64,000 nt of DNA from Wickerhamiella versatilis. Taxonomy: Eukaryota. Position numbers and translations under genes: made by a program. Where the stretch lies: assembly GCA_030867685.1 (NCBI GenBank), contig JAQOWU010000007.1, forward strand, positions 124,001 through 188,000, written 5' to 3'. A model generated the notes under the pieces. The model was not told the origin of the DNA. It worked only from the letters and a program-made list of their open reading frames with translations, and searched no databases. Shown in pieces: positions 10,007 through 19,900 of this stretch (position 1 is its first letter; each line of letters starts with the position of its first letter).

Positions 10007-11236
10007 TTAAGTCAAGTAATAGCAGTATTCCTCAGCAGTTCCGTACGACTCATATGTGCAAAAGAGTAAGTACAAGAGGCTAATAATTCCTATTGGCGTC
10101 ACAGGCGCGTCTACGAGGGCACGACCAATAGTCGCCACAACCGGCGCAACCAGAACTAGTGAGATACCAGATCCAGCGATTATCGTGTTCACCGCTGGCA
10201 AGCTTATACCGCCTGCCAAGGCTAAGGTTCCCACGACGGAGGCAACCGCTGCAGAAGAACCAGCCACACCGAGACCAGTAATAGCAGTAACGGAGGTAGC
10301 AGCGGCCCCAGCTAAACCTAGTGGAATTGATCCAATCAAGCCAGCGACTACCGATAAGCCCGCGAGGGTCACTGCAGCTGCCACACTTGCGCTAGCTCCC
10401 GTCGCAATCACTGCTCCCACTAAACCAGCAACGCTAGTATCAGTCGCGATTTTGCCTGTCACAGCAATTCCAGCAGTTAGTGCAGTGGCCAGGGTACAGC
10501 CCGCAACAGAGAGAGCGGCGAGGATAGCCTGAGCCGCTACAAGGGCTGTTGTAGCTTCTGGCCCAGACGCCCCTATAGCAGTAACCGCAGCTACCGCATC
10601 CCCTATGACAGCGCCGGTAGCTATTTGCAAAACAGCTGTGACTCCTATCTTGGCTGCCGTGCCTGGTGGAATTCCTACCGCAGCGGCAGCCGCAGCAGCG
10701 CCCGCGGCAGCTACATCAGCTCCTTTTTCTCCCAGATCACCAGCTATCTTCAATTCCGAAGCCGTGCTGATTGCAGCACTGGCACCAATGGCTGCAGCTG
10801 GGACCTTGGGGACACCCTCATCGACAAGCGCATCCGCAGCTTTCGCAGCAGCATCACGGATAGCATCAAGGCTGTTACCGCCCTTCTCTTGCTCCAAAAC
10901 ACCTACCACAATACTACTAGCGTTACGTGCGGCAGATTCAGCTTCCGACTTTTTCAAACCGAACACAATCGCCACATGTACCGCCGTGTCATACGCGTCT
11001 TCTTCAGCGGCACTGTCTCCAGTCGCAGTTGGGTATGGGGGGATAGTACCGTAACTAGCAGTGACGCTGGGAAACTTCGGTGTTGCAAGTTGCTGCAATG
11101 TGGGCTTCGAACTGAAGTATAACGTTTGACTGCTCAACGGCACATCAGTCTGAGTCGTCGTAGCTACAGCAGCCGCTCTAATACAGGCCGTAAAGGCCAC
11201 GACTAAAACAGCGAGAAATCTCAGGCAAGATCCCAT
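10007..11236 (-). CDS. Secreted or membrane-associated Ala/Gly/Val-rich protein of unknown function
   Basis: 409-aa ORF with signal peptide, Thr/Pro-rich segment, amphipathic segment, then about 200 aa nearly uncharged. A decayed paralog nearby supports that it is coding. Confidence 0.7.
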   Translation of the reverse strand: MGSCLRFLAVLVVAFTACIRAAAVATTTQTDVPLSSQTLYFSSKPTLQQLATPKFPSVTASYGTIPPYPTATGDSAAEEDAYDTAVHVAIVFGLKKSEAESAARNASSIVVGVLEQEKGGNSLDAIRDAAAKAADALVDEGVPKVPAAAIGASAAISTASELKIAGDLGEKGADVAAAGAAAAAAAVGIPPGTAAKIGVTAVLQIATGAVIGDAVAAVTAIGASGPEATTALVAAQAILAALSVAGCTLATALTAGIAVTGKIATDTSVAGLVGAVIATGASASVAAAVTLAGLSVVAGLIGSIPLGLAGAAATSVTAITGLGVAGSSAAVASVVGTLALAGGISLPAVNTIIAGSGISLVLVAPVVATIGRALVDAPVTPIGIISLLYLLFCTYESYGTAEEYCYYLT

Positions 11237-12209
11237 TACAGACTATGTGCGAAGTTCAGATCGCTTGAAGATCCTATATATCTGTTTCCCAGTGCTTTAT
11301 TCATCCTGCAAATCTTGAAAAGTATCGCACACTCAGCTGCAGTAGATGCAGAAGTACCATTAGCCAGATTCACGGTGTAGTCGTGAGGTTTGGAGTGGCC
11401 AGGTGTTTTATAGCATTCCTATGAGCTGTGCGCAGGGAATGCATGGGTAAAGTATGATCAGAAACCAGCGAATTCGGAGAATGGGCTACAAATTCTCGCA
11501 TACCTTTTGCAAGCATAACGAGAATCGACGATGATCAACACATTAACCTATCCTGCTGCATGTATACCCTTACCCATTAGTTAATAATAAAAAGATTAGA
11601 CATAATATTTGCCAAAACATCGGAGTGATACTGTGTAATTCCATTCATTCATACGGCAATTAATGCCCGACCAGTGACTTCCTGCTATAACAGGAATATA
11701 TAGCATTTATCATCGCATTTTTGCCGTGAGTAGCAGACTGAGTTGAGGGGATCACTACGGCAATGGTGCCTAAAAAAAGAAACAAAGGCTATTATAATCA
11801 CCTGAACTCCCCTATTCTATAGCTGGTAATGCCTTGAAGGAATTGTTTGACCCCTAGTCGCTACCTTTCGTGCTGTTTCCTTCAGCAGTCTTGATTAGGG
11901 TAGGGGTTGCACTACAGTGGAAACAAGAATATGCAAATTGTAGGGTTTACAAACCACTTACTGCATACATCCCCGGTCCGCCTCGCCTAAACAACTCAGC
12001 ACGCTTAGCGGTTTGATGAAAGTTGTGGTACTCGTAAATAGTCCCATGGATTTATATCATTTACCGAGCAAGAATTAGGGGAAAATCGCCAGTCATGCTG
12101 CAAGAAAATTATTCGCGTATGGTCAGCACTCGCTCTTTAAGATGGTATCTGAGCTACCAATTGAATTTCTCATAGAATGAAAGTAACTTCTTATTTCTCC
12201 TCAATAAAA

Positions 12210-12620
12210 TTAGCAAAAGTCTGCACCAGGGCCATCAGATGCAACCAAGCAAAATATAGCGAGCCAAAAGGCGCCGTTGACTCCGGCTCCAGCAGCTACG
12301 GGCATACCGGCACCAATAGACGCTAGGAAAGCCCCAACTGAACCCCTATTGGGATAACAGGAGCTACGAGAATTGTGTTCAACACTTACACCACCTGCTA
12401 CAGTTGCACTAATACCAGCAGAAATAGCTGCTGGAACGGAGGCTGCAGTCGTAGCAGCTAAACCAAGGGGTCCTGATCCCATCAATCCAGCAACTGCCGC
12501 TAATTCAGCAAACTATGCGGCTACTGTTGCATTCGCTCCAGCCCCTCTTGCCAGCGCTGCACCGACCAGAGCTGAGACATCAGTGTTGTTGGCTATTTTT
12601 GATGTCAATTGGCTTTGCCC
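12210..12620 (-). pseudogene. Degraded paralog of the Ala-rich gene at 10007-11236
   Basis: One frame reads KIANNTDVSALVGAALARGAGANATVAA*FAELAAVAGLMGSGPLGLAATTAASV, versus KIATDTSVAGLVGAVIATGASASVAAAVTLAGLSVVAGLIGSIPLGLAGAAATSV in the intact gene. In-frame TAG at 12513-12515; no signal-peptide 5' end is visible. Confidence 0.75.
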
Positions 12621-13987
12621 ATAGATTCTGTCTGTAAGATGAATTTCTTCCAAAATATGCCGATTAATCCAATGGAGTGAAGGATTGAGAGAAGTGTGGT
12701 TCTCTACCCTATTGAAGGACCGCTGATATGTCTTAAATAGCACTCTCGGAATATTACCGAAGTCATTCTCTCCGGGGTTAGGGTATACAGAAGAGGTTTT
12801 TCCACGGTCAACACTTTAAATTTACCGGTTTTATTGTTAATTTATGTTATTTAATATGCCAAAGAAGCAGCTGAGTGCATTAGGCATATGAAAATGCTGC
12901 AAAAGATCTCCGTAAAGGGGTTCAATCAGTTGTCAATGTGGAGATTTATCATCCTTTGTTACTAATTTTTCAATTATTATCGCAGTACTACATATGTTAG
13001 AGATAAATATAAATATTCCATAAGGGCGGCTGAGATATTACCAAATAATTGCAGTGCTGATTTGGAAAATGTCCGCACGAGGTTATGAACGAAGAATCGC
13101 ATCCCTTCATGTCTAACTCTCATTACCCCAAACAGAATCACCTTAATGGTTCGTATGCTATGCTACGCACAGGGCCAGGCTGGATGGCCTCATTGGATCC
13201 CAAGTTTAGGCCGCTGATTCTGAGGATCCATAATGTGAGAGATATCTAACGTACGAACCTTTGTTTCCGAGTGAATCGTTTCTCTATCATTTCATCAGAT
13301 TTGCTTGCTAACGCTTACTTACATTGGCCCCATAAGATCCTCTAGCGTGATACTGAGTCTCTAAAATTCAAAAATCACTCAGCTCGATAATCTTGCATAG
13401 CTGTCGACAGAAAGTGAGTTCCTGCTGCATTTGCGTCCGAGCTGTACAGCGAGGCAGTGCTCTGTGGATGTAGGGCGGCACCCCGGTCTCCGCATGCTGC
13501 ATGTGCATGACATGCCGGTAACGCTATGACGCTCTGCTTGCCCTGTTATATGTCAAGTTGCAAAACTTGATGCAACGTAGCCTATAATATATTATTCTAT
13601 CTCACTCCGACCGAAATTTTATTCTACTAGTTATTGATCTTGTATCGATCTAACTCGACGAGCATCATATGCAGCCGTGGGGAAATCACATGAAAACAAT
13701 CTTCATGATTTCGTAAACATTTTTTACTTGACCGAGATTTATCGCTACGAGACTTTAGCAGTCATTTAATCCATGAACAGAATAGGGTAAATGGTTGGTT
13801 ACATTCTAAATTTCGTGAATAAATAAAGTTTGGCACTACGAATACCTGAAAGGACCTATATATGTATATGCACGATTATGTACGCATCGTACATGAAATT
13901 CCAACAAATATAAGCTTATGCGATCAGATCCAAAAATTCCCATTCTCGACAGCTGTAGGGAGCACATCTGGTAAAGTACGGAAAGGA

Positions 13988-16900
13988 ATGGTTAACGTTT
14001 GCCAAACCCTACTTACAGTCCTCTTCTCTGCAGGAGCTGTAGTGGGAACGGATTCCAGTTCGTTCCAGGATAGGTCGGCTCCCCTGCAACATCGGAGTGC
14101 CAATTCGTGTCCAAGTTCCTCGATATATCCACAGTGTCCACATTACAATTTTGGTTTCCATGCTTCGCAAGCTAACATGCCAAATGCGTCGATTTCAGTT
14201 ACAGATGCTACACTCGTGAGCGGTAGCACGTACAATGTAACTATTTCGTTCCAAGCTGAAGAAAATATGGACATTTCGGCGTTGGATGAACTGAAGATCA
14301 TAGGGCTCCAGTCGTCCTCAGAGACCACAGACGTTTTGTACTCTGTGAATGAAAAGAAGAAGTTCATCGAAAGCCCCAAAAAATGGGATGCCACAGTGCA
14401 GGTTAATGCGAATGTCAAAGGGAACACGGCGTGCATGCCAAGTTTTCAGATTCAATATGACTGGTGCTCACTCAGCGCCAGCTCCGCGGCTAGTGAATGT
14501 AATTCATGGAAATACGCGAAGTCATACGATTATATTACCGGCTGCAATAACGTGGATAACAACGGTAACTCTCAAACTGATGCATCCACCTTTTGCTGGC
14601 CCGTTAATTGCGAAGATGAGGCATCATCGACCACGTCAGTGGCGACTGAATCCTCAAGCACTTCTATATTCGTGCCGGGAACGACTGCCACACGTAGTGC
14701 GCATAACGTTCGAAGTAGCGCATTGACCACGACCACGGCCATTCCAACTACAACTATTTCATTCACTAGTCCGGCAACACATAGTATTCCTTTGCCAACG
14801 GCTTCCTCAAAATGCCAATGTGACAATGAAGATGTTGTGGAGGACATCGTCGATGCCCTTGGTAAGGCTGTGGATGAATCGTTCACCGTTCTCTCTGCGG
14901 GACTGACTCCATGGAACCTTCCTAAAAAAATCTCTTCTATCCAGAGTCTTTATAAGGATGTCCAGAGTCAGGCGAGTGACATAAGCTGTATCAGCTATAG
15001 TTCGCAAGCCCAACTATTCAAGATTCTTGACCAGGCGCTTGAGATAGTCCATGAGCTTCTTGAGGGAGTCGAATCTTTTGGCCTTGTTGAACTTGTTGAA
15101 CAAATAGCACCAGGCCTTCGATTGATCAACGAGGGACTCTCTAGTGTGATAGTGAAGTTTGGCGGAGGACTTTCTCTCAACCCATGTTGTGTAATCTGGG
15201 AAGAGGTTAACTGGTCTTCGGACTATGTTAACCAGGTGAATGGTATTGTTAATAAAGTTAACATCTTGGCACCCATCAAGTTGCCACATATTTCCGGTTT
15301 CGATCTCGGTGTGGGAGTTTCTGACTGCTCGTTGTCCAAATCTAGTGGAGCTACCGTAGTATCGTCGAAGACATTCAGCTCCAAGTTGTCTAGTGCGTCA
15401 TCCAAGGATTCTAGCTCGAAGATTGCTACTGCTAGTGTTACTCCTACAACAACGATCCCCTTCAGTAGTCCCGCCACACATAGTGTTCCGTTGCCAACAG
15501 CTTCTTCAAGTTGTCAATGTGATAATGAGGATGTTGTGGAGGATATTATTGACGCCCTTGGTAAGGCTGTGGATGAATCATTCACCGTTCTCTCTGCAGG
15601 ACTGACTCCATGGAACCTTCCTAAACAAATCTCTTCTATCCAGAGTCTTTATAAGGATGTCCAGAGTCAGGCGAGTGATATAAGCTGTATCAGCTATAGT
15701 TCGCAAGCCCGACTATTCAAGATTCTTGACCAGGCGCTTGAGATGGTCCATGAGCTTCTTGAGGGAGTCGAATCTTTTGGCCTTGTTGAACTTGTTGAAC
15801 AAATAGCACCAGGCCTTCGATTGATCAACGAGGGAATCTCTAGTGTGATAGTGAAGTTTGGCGGAGGACTTTCTCTTAACCCATGTTGTGTAATCTGGGA
15901 AGAGGTCAACTGGTCTGCAGACTATGTTAACCAGGTGAATGGTATTGTTGACAACGTCAACGTCTTGGCACCTATTAAGTTGCCACATATTTCTGGTTTC
16001 GATCTCAGTGTGGGAGCTTCTGACTGCTCGTTATCCAAATCTAGTGGAGCTACTGTCGCATCTTCAAAGACGTCTAGCTCGAAGATTGCTACTGCTACTG
16101 TTACTCCTACAACAACTATCCCAATCTCTAGTCCGTCAACACACAGTATTCCGTTGCCAACGGCTTCCTCAAAATGCCAATGTGACAATGAAGATGTTGT
16201 GGATAACATCATAGATGTTCTTGGTAAGGCTGTGGATGAATCGTTCACCGTTCTATCTGCAGGTCTGACTCCATGGAACCTGCCAAAACAAATCTCTTCT
16301 ATCCAGAGTCTTTATAAGGATGTCCAGAGTCAGGCGAGTGATATAAGCTGTATCAGCTATAGTTCGCAAGCCCAACTATTCAAGATTCTTGACCAGGCGC
16401 TTGAGATAGTCCATGAGCTTCTTGAGGGAGTCGAATCTTTTGGCCTTGTTGAACTTGTTGAGCAAATAGCACCAGGCCTTCGATTGATTAACGAGGGAAT
16501 CTCTAGTGTGATAGTGAAGTTTGGCGGAGGACTTTCTCTCAACCCATGTTGTGTAATCTGGGAAGAGGTCAACTGGTCTGCAGACTATGTTAACCAGGTC
16601 AACGAGATTATTGACAACGTCAACGTCTTGGCACCTATCAAGTTGCCACATATTTCTGGTTTTGATCTCAGTGTGGGAGTTTCTGACTGCTCGTTGTCGA
16701 AATCTAATGGAGCTACTGTGGCATCTTCAAAGACATCTAGCTCGAAGATTGCTACGGCTAGTGTTACTCCTACAACAACTATCCCAATCTCTAGTCCGGC
16801 CACACACAGTATTCCGTTGCCAACAGCCTCGTCAAGTTGTCAATGTGACAATGAAGATGTTGTGGAAGACATGATAAATGCTCTTGGTAAGGCTGTGGAT

Positions 16901-19900
16901 GAATCGTTCACGGTTCTTTCAACGGGTCTGACACCTTGGAATGTTTTCAAGCAAGTTTCGTCTATCCAAAGCCTTTATAAGGACGTTCAGGATCAGGCAA
17001 GTGATATTAGCTGTATCAGCTATAGTTCGCAAGCCCAACTATTCAAGATTCTTGACCAGGCGCTTGAGATAGTCCATGAGCTTCTTGAGGGAGTCGAATC
17101 TTTCGGTCTTGTTGAACTTGTTGAGCAGGTAGCACCAGGCCTTCGATTGATCAACGAGGGAATCTCTAGTGTGATAGTGAAGTTTGGCGGAGGACTTTCT
17201 CTCAATCCGTGTTGTGTAATCTGGGAGGAGGTCAACTGGTCTGCGGACTATGTTAACCAGGTGAATGGTATTGTTGACAACATCAACGTTTTGGCACCTA
17301 TCAAGTTGCCACATATTTCCGGTTTTGATCTCAGTGTGGGAGTTTCTGACTGCTCGTTATCCAAATCTAGTGGAGCTACTGTCGCATCTTCAAAGACGTC
17401 TAGCTCGAAGATTGCTACTGCTACTGTTACTCCTACAACAGCTATCCCAATCTCTAGTCCGTCAACACATAGTATTCCGTTGCCAACTGCTTCTTCTAGT
17501 TGTCAATGTGACAATGAAGATGTTGTTCAGGAGATTATTGACGCCCTTGGTAAGGCTGTGGATGAATCGTTCACCGTTCTATCTGCAGGACTGACTCCAT
17601 GGAACCTGCCAAAACAAATCTCTTCTATCCAGAGTCTTTATAAGGATGTCCAGAGTCAGGCGAGTGATATAAGCTGTATCAGCTATAGTTCGCAAGCCCA
17701 ACTATTCAAGATTCTTGACCAGGCGCTTGAGATAGTCCATGAGCTTCTTGAGGGAGTCGAATCTTTCGGTCTTGTTGAACTTGTTGAGCAGGTAGCACCA
17801 GGCCTTCGATTGATCAACGAGGGAATCTCTAGTGTGATAGTGAAGTTTGGTGGAGGCCTTTCTCTTAACCCATGCTGTGTAATCTGGGAAGAGGTCAACT
17901 GGTCTGCGGACTATGTTAACCAGGTGAATGGTATTGTTGACAACGTCAACGTCTTGGCACCTATCAAGTTGCCACATATTTCTGGTTTCGATCTCAGTGT
18001 GGGAGTTTCTGACTGCTCGTTGTCGAAATCTAGTGGAGCTACCGTCGCATCGTCCAAGACGTCTAGCTCGAAGATTGCTACGGCTAGTGTTACTCCTACA
18101 ACAACTATCCCAATCTCTAGTCCGGCCACACACAGTGTTCCGTTGCCAACAGCCTCGTCAAGTTGTCAATGTGACAATGAAGATGTTGTGGAAGACATGA
18201 TAAGTGCTCTTGGTAAGGCTGTGGATGAATCTTTCACTGTTCTCTCTGCAGGTCTGACTCCATGGAACCTGCCAAAACAAATCTCTTCTATCCAGAGTCT
18301 TTATAAGGATGTCCAGAGTCAGGCGAGTGATATAAGCTGTATCAGCTATAGTTCGCAAGCCCAACTATTCAAGATTCTTGACCAGGCGCTTGAGATAGTC
18401 CATGAGCTTCTTGAGGGAGTCGAATCTTTCGGTCTTGTTGAACTTGTTGAGCAGGTAGCACCAGGCCTTCGATTGATCAACGAGGGAATCTCTAGTGTGA
18501 TAGTGAAGTTTGGTGGAGGACTTTCTCTCAACCCATGCTGTGTAATCTGGGAAGAGGTCAACTGGTCTTCGGACTATGTTAACCAGGTGAATGGTATTGT
18601 TGACAACATCAACGTTTTGGCACCTATTAACTTGCCACATATTTCCGGTTTCGATCTCAGTGTGGGAGTTTCTGACTGCTCGTTGTCCAAATCTAGTTTG
18701 GCTAGCACTGCGACGTCCAGGACATTTATCTCCAAGGCGACTACAGCGTCATCTAAGAAGTCTACTTCGAAGATTGCTACTGCTAGTGTTACGCCTACAA
18801 CAACGATACCCTTCAGTAGTCCCGCCACACATAGTATTCCTTTGCCAACAGCTTCTTCAAGTTGTCAATGTGACAATGAGGATGTTGTTCAGGATATTAT
18901 TGACGCCCTTGGTAAGGCCGTGGATGAATCATTCACTGTTCTCTCTGCAGGTCTGACTCCATGGAACCTGCCAAAACAAGTCTCTTCTATCCAGAGTCTA
19001 TACAAGGATGTCCAGAGTCAGGCGGGCGATATAAGCTGTATCAGCTATAGTTCGCAAGCCAAACTCTTCAAGATCCTTGACAAGGCGCTCGAGATAAACC
19101 ATGAGCTCCTGGAGGGAATTGGGTCTCTTGGTATTGTTGAACTTGTTGAGCAGGTAGCACCAGGCCTTCGCTTGATCAACGAGGGAATTTCTAGTGTGAT
19201 GGTGAAGTTTGGTGGAGGACTTTCTCTCAACCCATGCTGTGTAATCTGGGAAGAGGTCAACTGGTCTGCGGACTATGTTAACCAGGTGAACGATATTATT
19301 GACAATCTCAATGTGCTAGCGCCTATTAAGTTGCCTCATATTTCTGGTTTCGATCTCAGTGTGGGAGTGTCTGACTGTTCCTCGTCGAGATCTAGTGGAG
19401 CTATGATATCGACGTCCAAGACATCTAGCTCGAAATTGGCTTCAGTGTCGTCCAGGGCTTCTCGTAGCACGTTTTCCACGGCGTCATCTAAGAAGTCCAC
19501 TTCGAAAATTGGTACTGCTTCTGTCACTCCGACAACAACTATCCCAATCTCTAGTCCGGCAACACATAGTATTCCGTTGCCAACTGCTTCTTCTAGTTGT
19601 CAATGTGACAATGAAGATGTTGTTCAGGAGATTATTGACGCCCTTGGTAAGGCCGTGGATGAATCATTCACTGTTCTCTCTGCAGGTCTGACTCCATGGA
19701 ACCTGCCAAAACAAATCTCATCTATTCAGGGTCTATACAAGGATGTCCAGAGCCAGGCGAGCGATATAAGCTGTATTAGCTATAGTTCGCAAGCCAAACT
19801 CTTCAAGATTCTTGACCAGGCACTCGAGATAAACCATGAGCTCCTGGAGGGAATTGGGTCTCTTGGTATTGTTGAACTTGTTGAGCAGGTAGCACCAGGC

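Noticed and set aside
10056-11122. Plus-strand ORFs of 149-165 aa opposite the Ala-rich gene
   Set aside because: GCN-rich coding yields stop-poor antisense frames; the signal peptide and the paralog support the minus strand.
13862-13987. Upstream ATG extension of the adhesin, and TTG/GTG starts on other ORFs (22864, 31298, 37118, 49766, 57737, 62024, 63508)
   Set aside because: The context is eukaryotic; downstream ATGs place signal peptides or homologous N-termini correctly.
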